Part shown: one piece after another, positions 56,265 through 64,000 of the stretch
How positions within the stretch are numbered: the first letter of the stretch is position 1
How the letters are laid out: the number at the start of each line of letters is the position of its first letter
NCBI GenBank assembly: GCA_022788065.1
Contig: JALEWG010000139.1
Location: 145-64,144, forward strand
Direction of reading: 5' to 3'
Source: Lachnospiraceae bacterium
GTDB taxonomy: Bacteria > Bacillota > Clostridia > Lachnospirales > Lachnospiraceae
DNA: 64,000 nt
The notes under the pieces: generated by a model
Told to the model about the DNA's origin: nothing
What the model saw: the letters and a program-made list of their open reading frames with translations, nothing else
Databases searched by the model: none
Position numbers and translations under genes: made by a program

Positions 56265-57697
56265 TAATATGCCTTACCCCAATATACCATCTTTGCCGCA
56301 GGCTTTCCGCAGCATACGCATGTATCCGCAATCTTCTCCTGCTTAAACGGCATGCATCTGGAAGTTACGCCGACTGTTTCCTTTAACTTGTCCTCGCACT
56401 CCTGGCAGCCGCACCACATGGCGCGGATGAAGCCCGGCTTATTGTCGGCGATATCCTTCATCTCTTCCATATTGTGAGCATCGTAGGTGTGCGCATCGCG
56501 GTGTGCCTTTGCGCGCTCAAACATGTCCTTCTGGATCGTGTCGAGGAGTTCACCTACCTTCTCTGCAATCTCGGAGAGGGCAACTGTGATCTTCTCGTGG
56601 GTATCACGGCGAACCAGTACGGCCTGGCCTGCCTCGATGTCCTTCGGTCCCAGTTCAATACGAACCGGGATTCCGCGCATCTCGGACTCGCTGAACTTCC
56701 AGCCCGGGCTCTTGTCAGAATCGTCCACCTTCACACGGAAATTGGACAGAACCTCTTCCACCTCACGTGCCTTTTCCAGCACGCCTGCCTGCTGCTGGCG
56801 GATCGGAACGATCACAACCTGTGTCGGAGCTACCTTCGGCGGGAGCACAAGACCCTCGTTGTCGCCGTGAACCATGATGATCGCGCCGATCAGACGGGTA
56901 GTCATTCCCCAGGAAGTCTGATGAACATATTTTAACTGGTTATCTCTGTCGGAATACTGGATGCCAAATGCCTTCGCGAAACCGTCGCCGAAGTTGTGGC
57001 TGGTGCCGGACTGCAGTGCCTTTCCGTCATGCATCAGAGCCTCGATCGTGTAGGTTGCCTCCGCGCCCGCAAATTTTTCCTTGTCTGTCTTCTGTCCGCG
57101 TACGACCGGCATTGCCAGAAAATCCTCACAGAAATCCGCGTACAGGTTTAACATCTGGATCGTACGCTCCTGGGCCTGCTCCGCAGTGGCATGAGCGGTA
57201 TGGCCCTCCTGCCACAGGAACTCTCTGGAACGCAGGAACGGCCTTGTGGTTTTCTCCCATCTGACAACGGAGCACCACTGGTTATATACCTTCGGGAGGT
57301 CACGGTAGGACTGGATATCTCTCGCATAGAAATCACAGAACAGTGTCTCAGAAGTCGGTCTTACGCAGAGACGCTCCTGAAGCGGCTCCAGACCGCCATG
57401 GGTCACCCATGCAACCTCCGGCGCAAATCCCTCCACATGGTCCTTCTCTTTTTCCAGAAGGCTCTCCGGGATAAATAACGGCATGTAAACGTTTTTTACA
57501 CCTGTTTCCTTGAATCTTCTGTCCAGTTCATTCTGGATATTCTCCCAAATCGCATATCCATCCGGTTTGATCACCATGCAGCCCTTTACGCTGGCATAAT
57601 CCACCAGCTCGGCTTTCTTTACAACGTCCGTGTACCACTGGGCGAAATCTTCCTCCATGGAAGTGATCGCCTCAACCATTTTTTTGTCTTTCGCCAT
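56264..57697 (-). CDS. proS: Proline--tRNA ligase (archaeal/eukaryote-like short form)
   Basis: [17 protein letters not shown]..., class II motifs, and C-terminal zinc-type Cys (CGCQEC...CVCCG). Confidence 0.95.
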   Translation of the reverse strand: MAKDKKMVEAITSMEEDFAQWYTDVVKKAELVDYASVKGCMVIKPDGYAIWENIQNELDRRFKETGVKNVYMPLFIPESLLEKEKDHVEGFAPEVAWVTHGGLEPLQERLCVRPTSETLFCDFYARDIQSYRDLPKVYNQWCSVVRWEKTTRPFLRSREFLWQEGHTAHATAEQAQERTIQMLNLYADFCEDFLAMPVVRGQKTDKEKFAGAEATYTIEALMHDGKALQSGTSHNFGDGFAKAFGIQYSDRDNQLKYVHQTSWGMTTRLIGAIIMVHGDNEGLVLPPKVAPTQVVIVPIRQQQAGVLEKAREVEEVLSNFRVKVDDSDKSPGWKFSESEMRGIPVRIELGPKDIEAGQAVLVRRDTHEKITVALSEIAEKVGELLDTIQKDMFERAKAHRDAHTYDAHNMEEMKDIADNKPGFIRAMWCGCQECEDKLKETVGVTSRCMPFKQEKIADTCVCCGKPAAKMVYWGKAY

Positions 57698-57730
57698 GAC
57701 TGAATCTCTCCTTTATCTATTTGATAGAAT

Positions 57731-58001
57731 AAAAAAGGCTGATGATCCCGAAAGGGACCGTCAGCCGGCGTTACCACCCAATTTAGCATTCCCGCCATCA
57801 CGGGAAGCTCTCCTCTTTTTCCTTTAACGCAGGAATACGCTGTGCTTATCAGGATCCGCTTCACACAAGACTCCGGGGCCGGTTCAACCGTGCGCACATG
57901 GAGAGTTGCACCTCCCTCTCCTCTCTGGAATGCCGCCTTCGCTTACTTTTCCCTTTCAGTGTCTTTCTCATTATTGCCTGTTTGATGATTGCTCATACAT
58001 A
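57731..58001 (-). promoter_or_regulatory. T-box riboswitch leader of proS (candidate specifier CCG) with terminator
   Basis: Minus-strand T-box core TGGGTGGTAACGCCGG (57779-57765). The terminator GGCTGA..TCCC-TTTC-GGGA..TCAGCC + T6 is at 57766-57731. Stem I elements are AAGTA ... CAGAGAG ... GAA-CCG-G, with CCG at 57882-57880. Confidence 0.8.
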
Positions 58002-58007
58002 TTCTGG

Positions 58008-58036
58008 ATTCTAAAGGATTTTTCCGGTTTTGTCAA
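58008..58036 (-). promoter_or_regulatory. Promoter TTGACA-17-TAGAAT driving the proS T-box leader
   Basis: -35 at 58036-31, -10 at 58013-08. Confidence 0.7.
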
Positions 58037-58059
58037 GTGCGGAATTCCGCCCTTCGACG

Positions 58060-58944
58060 TCATTTCTGTCGGGCATACAGGTACACGCCCAAAAGAACAA
58101 CGAGTGCTCCAAAGACCTGCATCACCCCGGGAATTTCGTGGAACAGAAACACTGCGGTCACAGACGCAAAAACAGGGCCTGCAAGTTTTACCGTGCTCAC
58201 ATAGGTCGGCGTCAGATACTTTAAGCTCCAACTGAACACACTGTGTCCCAGAAGCGTACAGAACACGGCCATACAGAGGGCCATGATCCAGTCGATGGGT
58301 TCGTACCCCAGAAGCGGCGTTCCGGTTACAAGGTCCACAGCCAGAAGTGTCAGAAAACTCCCGCTGTAGAGAATATATGTATAGACCGTCGTGCTGATAT
58401 GATCCCGCTCTCTCGTTCCGATCAGCGTGTAGATTGCGGTAAAGGCCGCCGCTGCCGCTGCCAGGATATCTCCTTTTAAGGCTCCGCCTTCCCCGCCGCC
58501 GTCCGCCGTTGCGATGATCACACTGCCGAGAAGCGCCACGCCGATAGCGATCCATTCACCTTTTTTCAGCCGTTTTCCGAAAAACAGAATGTAGCCTAAC
58601 GCGGCGAAAATCACTTCCGTGTTGACGAGAACCGTCGAGCTGGACACCGATGTATACTTCAGAGACTCGAACCACACATACAAATGGAACGCAAAAAAGA
58701 AGCCGGACATAGCACAGAACATCACATCCCTCGGTTTCAGCGCGCACAGTTCCTTCCTGTGATCCGGTTTCATAAGTACGACCGGCGTCATGAGGAGCAC
58801 CGTAAGGCCCAGCCGGTACGTGGCTGCCACAGAGCTGGGAGCCGTCATGCTCTTTACAAACGCCGATGACAGAGATGCGCTGAAAACTCCGAGAAACAGA
58901 ATCAGTTTGGGAATCCGATAATCATTTTCTTCCATATTTATCAT
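58060..58944 (-). CDS. EamA/DMT-family transporter
   Basis: 10-TM-like profile with duplicated EamA halves. The ATG at 58944 (MINMEEN) follows GGAGGA. The longer listed ORF would overlap the upstream gene. Confidence 0.8.
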   Translation of the reverse strand: MINMEENDYRIPKLILFLGVFSASLSSAFVKSMTAPSSVAATYRLGLTVLLMTPVVLMKPDHRKELCALKPRDVMFCAMSGFFFAFHLYVWFESLKYTSVSSSTVLVNTEVIFAALGYILFFGKRLKKGEWIAIGVALLGSVIIATADGGGEGGALKGDILAAAAAAFTAIYTLIGTRERDHISTTVYTYILYSGSFLTLLAVDLVTGTPLLGYEPIDWIMALCMAVFCTLLGHSVFSWSLKYLTPTYVSTVKLAGPVFASVTAVFLFHEIPGVMQVFGALVVLLGVYLYARQK

Positions 58945-59044
58945 AAGTTTCCTCCGTAATTCAGACGCATGCGCATCTGATATTGCATACATGCCGCCTG
59001 ATTCCGGCACGCCTTTCTTATCATAATCCTCCCGATATCCAAAG

Positions 59045-60121
59045 TCAATGGATTTCACCGGCTTCCCAGTAAAGCTCCACCAGATCCTCCACGATCAGAA
59101 GCCCGACGGGCCCCAGAAGGAATCCCCAGAGTCCGAACAGACGGAATCCCACATACATGGACACAAAGGTCTCAAGCGGAGAGAGCCCCATATGATTTCC
59201 CATGATCCTGGGTTCCAGAATCTCCCGGATCGTGCAGCATGCCGCGTAGAGCCCTACGATGACGGCTCCCCGGCTCCACTGTTTTTTTATAAGCAGGATA
59301 AGCCCCCACGGAATCAGTACTGTTCCGGTTCCGAAAAACGGAAGCGCATCCAGAAGCCCGATGCCGATCCCCAGAAGAAAGGAATACGGATTTCCGGTCA
59401 GAAAAAGAACTGCCGTGCAGAGCGTGGCCGTGATTACCATGAGAATGGCCTGCGCTCTGAGCCAGGCTGTCCCCACAGTCGTCATGCGGCGGCCCGCCAG
59501 AGAAAATTCTCTGTGAAACAGAGACCGGCTTTTTCGCTCCCTCAGATCGTCCATCTCCTGCAGGATCAGCAGGACCGCGACGAAGTATATGATGAAAAAG
59601 GCGGCCGCCTCCGCCGCGCGCTTCAGTGCCGATACGGAATTATTCATGATCCCCGACATGGCTGACCGGCCTGCCGTCTCTTTCAGATTCTTTGCCGCAT
59701 TCTGAAAAAAGAGGATGAGCACACCGCTCTTAAATCCGAAGGCCTCCTCCAGGTTCCCCAGAATCCCGGTAATCTTTGTGTCCAGCCAGAAGAGGAATCG
59801 CGGGAAATCGGCCGCAAGCTGCTTCATTTGTTCAAACACACGCGCGCTCCCCGCCAGAAGCAGCACGCCGATCACGGTCCCAAGAAGGATCAGCTCCGTC
59901 CCGCCGATAATGGCCGCGGGAACATGGCAGGTCTTCCCGCGGAACGAAAAGACAAACCGCCGCTCCAGATACCGGACCGACGGTCTGAGCCAAAGCGCCG
60001 TGCCGTAGGCAAATAAAAAAGGAACTACGAGGGGCAGGAGATACCGAAATCCCCCGTAGACCGCCCCCGTAATTCCGGCAATCAAAATTATTTTCTTCAG
60101 TTTTCTGCCCGGCTTTACCAT
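59045..60121 (-). CDS. AI-2E (PerM/YtvI-like) family membrane protein
   Basis: About 358 aa polytopic protein with C-terminal G-rich PF01594-like region (LDALPFFGTGTVLIPW). A CATACTAA -10-like box lies 43 nt upstream. Confidence 0.75.
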   Translation of the reverse strand: MVKPGRKLKKIILIAGITGAVYGGFRYLLPLVVPFLFAYGTALWLRPSVRYLERRFVFSFRGKTCHVPAAIIGGTELILLGTVIGVLLLAGSARVFEQMKQLAADFPRFLFWLDTKITGILGNLEEAFGFKSGVLILFFQNAAKNLKETAGRSAMSGIMNNSVSALKRAAEAAAFFIIYFVAVLLILQEMDDLRERKSRSLFHREFSLAGRRMTTVGTAWLRAQAILMVITATLCTAVLFLTGNPYSFLLGIGIGLLDALPFFGTGTVLIPWGLILLIKKQWSRGAVIVGLYAACCTIREILEPRIMGNHMGLSPLETFVSMYVGFRLFGLWGFLLGPVGLLIVEDLVELYWEAGEIH

Positions 60122-60239
60122 GGAATCACCCGCTTTTTGATTTGTACTTCCTTTGTACAAACCTTAGTATGGCCAGATTTTTTGTTTTTATAGGCAAATG
60201 TATATGATTTTCCGTATTGCAGCCTCTCAGGTTGTTCGT

Positions 60240-60268
60240 TTGCATTGCAAACGAAAAAGTGTTACAAT
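60240..60268 (+). promoter_or_regulatory. Promoter TTGCAT-17-TACAAT for the Uma2 gene, -35 embedded in palindrome CGTTTGCA-T-TGCAAACG
   Basis: -35 at 60240-45, -10 at 60263-68. Palindrome at 60237-60253. Confidence 0.5.
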
Positions 60269-60300
60269 ATAAGCATACTGAAATGAAGGAGCGTGACCCT

Positions 60301-60858
60301 ATGCCATTACCCAAAGAGCACACTTACACCATTGATGATATTTACAACCTGCCGGAAGGACGCCGGGCAGAGTTGATTGACGGCCAGATCTATGACATGG
60401 CACCGCCAAGCACTGCGCACCAGAGAATCCTGTCTTTCCTGCATGCTACAATTTACGCTCATATCAGCACAAAGGGCGGACCATGTGAAGTAATACCAGC
60501 GCCATTCGCAGTATTTCTCCACAATGAGGATGAATCCGATTTATCAAATTATCTGGAACCGGATATCAGCGTTATCTGTGATCCTGACAAGATCGATGAC
60601 AAAGGCTGCCACGGTGCACCTGACTGGATTGTTGAGATCGTATCACCCGGCAGCAAACGTCTGGACTATTACACAAAGCTTGCATTATACCGGGCAAACG
60701 GAGTCAGAGAATATTGGATTGTTGACCCATTAAAGAAAACCATTGTAATCTATGACATGGAGCATGATGACGGACCGGTTCTCCATTCCCTCAATGATAC
60801 TATCAAGGTGAATATCTACAACGATCTGGAGATTGATTTTTCCAGGTTACGTATCTGA
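60301..60858 (+). CDS. Uma2-family (DUF820) putative endonuclease
   Basis: ELIDGQIY.MAPPS..H, EPDISV and PDWIVEIVSPGS motifs. ATG follows AAGGAG. Confidence 0.85.
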   Translation: MPLPKEHTYTIDDIYNLPEGRRAELIDGQIYDMAPPSTAHQRILSFLHATIYAHISTKGGPCEVIPAPFAVFLHNEDESDLSNYLEPDISVICDPDKIDDKGCHGAPDWIVEIVSPGSKRLDYYTKLALYRANGVREYWIVDPLKKTIVIYDMEHDDGPVLHSLNDTIKVNIYNDLEIDFSRLRI

Positions 60859-60897
60859 TTTATTTCCAGCAGCAGGCCTTCCCGGTTCTGCTGCTTT

Positions 60898-61587
60898 TTA
60901 CTTCTTCCCGGCGTCAAACCATTCAAATACTCCGCCCTGCGGATCCATGGAGAATGTCATGGATTTACCTGTGGTCGGATGAGAAAATGACAGGGATACC
61001 GCGCAGAGCGCCAACGGTCCGGCTCCCGGCGCCGGATTGTATCTGGTATCTCCGTAAAGCGGCAGACCGTGATGGGCAAACTGCACCCGGATCTGATGGT
61101 GCCGTCCCGTCTTCAGACGGATCCTCACGAGACTGAACGGTCCCTCCTCCGTCTCTTTCGTTTCCACCGTTTCAAAGGAGAGCTCCGCTCTTTTGGCACC
61201 GGTTATCCCCTTATCCACAACCTGTGAATAATTTCCGTCCACAGATTTCAATAAATAATCCACATAGTTATCCACGTTATTCACAGGTTTTCCACACACT
61301 ACTGCATCGTATATCTTTTCCATACGCCGGTTCTGAACCTGCTCGCTTAACACAGCTGCGGCCTTTTTTGTTCTTCCGTACACCATAACGCCGGAAACCG
61401 GTTTATCCAGTCTGTGGATAACTCCCACATACGGCTCCTTTCCCGGTGTGCACATTTTGTTGATAACCAGGTACTTCCGGATCTCACTGATCATATCCGG
61501 TGCAAACTTCCTTGCCGCCTGGGATTCGACACCCGCAGGCTTCACGGCAACAATGATATCCTGATCTGTGTATAATACGCGCAGCAT
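60898..61587 (-). CDS. RluA-family pseudouridine synthase (no S4 domain)
   Basis: VGVIHRLDKPVSGVMVY catalytic Asp motif and GRHHQIRVQ motif. Confidence 0.9.
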   Translation of the reverse strand: MLRVLYTDQDIIVAVKPAGVESQAARKFAPDMISEIRKYLVINKMCTPGKEPYVGVIHRLDKPVSGVMVYGRTKKAAAVLSEQVQNRRMEKIYDAVVCGKPVNNVDNYVDYLLKSVDGNYSQVVDKGITGAKRAELSFETVETKETEEGPFSLVRIRLKTGRHHQIRVQFAHHGLPLYGDTRYNPAPGAGPLALCAVSLSFSHPTTGKSMTFSMDPQGGVFEWFDAGKK

Positions 61588-61747
61588 GTCTGTTCCTTTC
61601 TGACTTTCCGCCCCTGTTTTTATTTTTTCACAAAAGGCTTGAATATTTTCGAGTCCGGTGATATAGTATTTATAAATATTATATGTAGTTTTAAATACTA
61701 CTTGTCAAAGTATATGCATTATATTCTTTGGGAACGGAGGTATTTTC

Positions 61748-62404
61748 ATGAAACTGAATGTCAAAGATCCGGGCAGTGCCCTCACCCATTTTATCGCTAT
61801 GATCCTGGCCGCTCTGGCCGCGGCTCCCCTCATTATCCGTGCCTTCCACGCCTCAGGCTGGTTCCACGCGGCAGCTCTCGCTGTTTTTATTGTCAGCATG
61901 ATCCTGCTGTATGCGGCAAGCACTATTTACCACACATTCAATATTTCCGAACACGTCAATAAGATTTTGCGGAAAATCGACCATATGATGATTTTTATCC
62001 TGATCGCCGGCACCTATACGCCGGTCTGCCTGATCGTTCTGGGAAATCCCTCCGGCTACCGGCTTCTGGCTCTCGTGTGGGCCATCGCTGTCGTCGGAAT
62101 CGTTATCAATGCCCTGTGGATCGGATGTCCCAAGTGGGTCTCCTCCTGCATCTATATTGCCATGGGCTGGGTCTGCCTGACCGCCATCCGCCAGATCGTG
62201 GCCTCTCTGACTCCCGGAGCGTTTTTCTGGCTTCTGGCCGGCGGCGTGATCTACACGGTCGGAGGCATTATTTACGCAATGAAGCTCCCGCTGTTCAACT
62301 CCAGGCACAAAAATTTCGGTTCGCACGAAATCTTTCACCTGTTCGTTATGGGCGGAAGCTTCTGTCATTATATTATGATGTTCCGGTATGTGGCGGTCTG
62401 CTAA
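61748..62404 (+). CDS. Hemolysin III / PAQR family membrane protein
   Basis: Seven TM segments with the SALTH, DH..IF.LIAGTYTP and HE.FH motifs. Confidence 0.9.
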   Translation: MKLNVKDPGSALTHFIAMILAALAAAPLIIRAFHASGWFHAAALAVFIVSMILLYAASTIYHTFNISEHVNKILRKIDHMMIFILIAGTYTPVCLIVLGNPSGYRLLALVWAIAVVGIVINALWIGCPKWVSSCIYIAMGWVCLTAIRQIVASLTPGAFFWLLAGGVIYTVGGIIYAMKLPLFNSRHKNFGSHEIFHLFVMGGSFCHYIMMFRYVAVC

Positions 62405-63888
62405 AGATCGCCTCTTCTTTTTTTCTTTTCTTCCAGAAGCCGGTTAAATTCCGCCTCCACATCGGCGCCTTCCTCCTGAAGGCGCTGTCTGCGCTTTTCA
62501 CGGCGAATCGCCGCCTGTTCAGCCTCCTGTCTCCTGCTCTCCCTGATCCGGTAACCGATGAAAGCGCAGAAAGCTGCGGCCAGAAGCACAAGCAGTACGA
62601 CAATCACCGGGATGACCGGAAAGCTTCCCTGCACTTTGCTGTCGCTTTTCGCGTCAGCCGGGACAGAGGCAGCGGCCTCCTTTGTTCCGTCTTCCGATTC
62701 CGGATGATTCTCTTTTGTTCCGGACACAGTTTCTGTCTCAGTCCCCGGGACTGCTTCCCGGTTTTTTAAGAGCAGATATGCCTGTCCGATCTTTCTCTCA
62801 TTATACACATACTGCAGCAGACCAACTGCATATTCCGGGTGATCTTCCGGAAGCTCGGCGAGAGTGACCTCCGCATCAGAAAAGACGGCGTTTTTCGGCA
62901 GAGTGACCTGACTGCCTGTTTCGATCATCAGATCTGAGGGTGCATAAGTCTGCGCGCCGATCTCCACCGGATCCTCTCCGGTCACATACTGCGTCTCATT
63001 CTCCGCGATATCCACGTTATAAAAGCTCTCAAAGCCAAATCGGAGAAGCTCTTTTCCATCGACAAAATACTGGCCGGGGCTTCCCTTTAAGATTACGGAT
63101 ACGAGACGTCTCCCGTCCTTTTCCGCATATGTAACCAGCGTATTTCCGGCTTTCAGAAGATATCCGGTCTTTCCTGCCACAGCCTCCGGGAAATAATACG
63201 GGCTGTCCGGATCCTCCGTAATGACGAGACGGTGTTCCTGCTTCACCGTAATTCCATCCGGGTGGTTGGCGAGCGCACCAATCTTATGGCTCACGGAAGA
63301 ACTGATTTCCAGGAGCTTTTCATTCTGGTACGCCGCGCACGCGATCTTTGCCATATCATAGGCCGACACGTTCTGGGTATCGCCGTTCAGTCCCGACGGA
63401 TTATCAAAATGGCTGTCTGTGCAGCCCAGTTCTTCCAGCTTCGCGTTCATCATATCCACAAAGCCGGATATGCTTCCGGCCACATGCTCCGCAAGGGCAT
63501 TGGCCGACTGGTTCACCGACACGAGGAGAAGCGCGTAGAGGGCATCTTCCACGGTCATGGTATCGCCGATCACCAGACTTAATTTATTTCCGCTGTCGGC
63601 CTCCACATTCATCATCGCACTCTCCGAAAATGTCACGGTCTCCGCCAGATCGTCCACATGCTCCAGCACAATGAGCGCTGTCAGGATCTTCGTAATGCTG
63701 GCCGGAGGATAGGCCACATGGCTGTTCTGCCCGAATATGAGCGCCCCGGAATCCACATCCATCAGGGCACCGGCCTCTGCCTGGATCCCTGTGTCATTGG
63801 GCCAGTCCGGTCTGGCATAAGCCGTCATCGAAAACACCTGGCACATGATCAGAATGCCGCAGAGCAGCTTTTTTATCTTATGGTTCAC
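62401..63888 (-). CDS. D-alanyl-D-alanine carboxypeptidase (S11, PBP5-like) with C-terminal TM and charged tail
   Basis: PPASITKILTA (SxxK), SVNQSA (SxN) and KTGY (KTG) motifs. GTG start after GGGAGGAAG. Confidence 0.9.
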   Translation of the reverse strand: MNHKIKKLLCGILIMCQVFSMTAYARPDWPNDTGIQAEAGALMDVDSGALIFGQNSHVAYPPASITKILTALIVLEHVDDLAETVTFSESAMMNVEADSGNKLSLVIGDTMTVEDALYALLLVSVNQSANALAEHVAGSISGFVDMMNAKLEELGCTDSHFDNPSGLNGDTQNVSAYDMAKIACAAYQNEKLLEISSSVSHKIGALANHPDGITVKQEHRLVITEDPDSPYYFPEAVAGKTGYLLKAGNTLVTYAEKDGRRLVSVILKGSPGQYFVDGKELLRFGFESFYNVDIAENETQYVTGEDPVEIGAQTYAPSDLMIETGSQVTLPKNAVFSDAEVTLAELPEDHPEYAVGLLQYVYNERKIGQAYLLLKNREAVPGTETETVSGTKENHPESEDGTKEAAASVPADAKSDSKVQGSFPVIPVIVVLLVLLAAAFCAFIGYRIRESRRQEAEQAAIRREKRRQRLQEEGADVEAEFNRLLEEKKKRRGDL

Positions 63889-63890
63889 AA

Positions 63891-64000
63891 TTACTTCCTC
63901 CCGCTTTCCTCTTCTTTTTTATATCCTATGATGATTCCCGGACATGCTTCGGAAACCTGATCCAGAAGAGCAACCGCGCTGGCCCTGTCAGGCATTTCAA
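63891..64000 (-). CDS. 3' end of an unidentified CDS (36 codons visible)
   Basis: An open minus-strand frame reads ...EMPDRASAVALLDQVSEACPGIIIGYKKEEESGRK, with TAA at 63893-63891 just upstream of the next gene's RBS. Confidence 0.3.
   Translation of the reverse strand, partial: EMPDRASAVALLDQVSEACPGIIIGYKKEEESGRK

Noticed and set aside
60301-60858. Uma2 endonuclease-like gene as part of a restriction-modification or defence island
   Set aside because: No methylase, helicase, ATPase or other defence-type partner is adjacent. The neighbours are housekeeping genes (a ytvI-like gene and an rluA-type gene).
1-64000. CRISPR arrays, tRNA/rRNA genes, IS elements, integrases and prophage modules
   Set aside because: I scanned the intergenic regions and the ORF list. 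I found no regularly spaced repeats, no cloverleaf-like sequences, and no transposase, recombinase or phage structural proteins.

Overview
The window reads as chromosomal DNA from a spore-forming Clostridia-type Firmicute. Coding regions are above 50% G+C by eye, SD motifs are GGAGG-like, and many promoters are close to sigma-A consensus. About 55 protein genes are supported, most on the minus strand. I found no rRNA, tRNA, CRISPR array, transposase, integrase or phage genes. Housekeeping genes: ileS and proS (each behind a T-box leader), ftsH, cca, glgP, pncB, serA-serC, a monocistronic leuB, ilvE, bioY, an rluA-type synthase and an ABC-F ATPase. Sporulation-linked genes: cotJA-cotJB-cotJC, a DUF1540 mini-gene missing from the ORF track, spoIID-like, a fully degenerate LytM protein (SpoIIQ-like), cotS-like and ytvI-like. 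Metabolic and transport islands: (a) a methionine-gamma-lyase-type PLP enzyme, an NSS transporter and a cysteine-desulfidase-like protein; (b) an abgB-like M20 hydrolase, a frameshifted abgT and glsA, flanked by LysR and LuxR regulators; (c) two OYE-type flavoenzymes; (d) a GlnK/GlnL-like two-component system next to a PfoR/EIIC-like permease and a membrane-anchored MerR regulator. The least explained parts are noncoding. First, a ~550-bp island of ~25% G+C between two convergent gene ends carries a perfect TTGACA-17-TATAAT promoter but no ORF (41.55-42.09 kb). Second, a ~390-bp intergenic stretch is packed with perfect and nested palindromes (46.32-46.71 kb). Other points worth follow-up: a 19-bp-spacer MerR-type promoter with a dyad, a GlnL-like direct repeat upstream of the permease, two compensating frameshifts in abgT, and a small Cys-containing ORF upstream of a PflX-type radical SAM gene. 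All functional calls come from reading the translated ORFs and motifs by eye. No database search was run.
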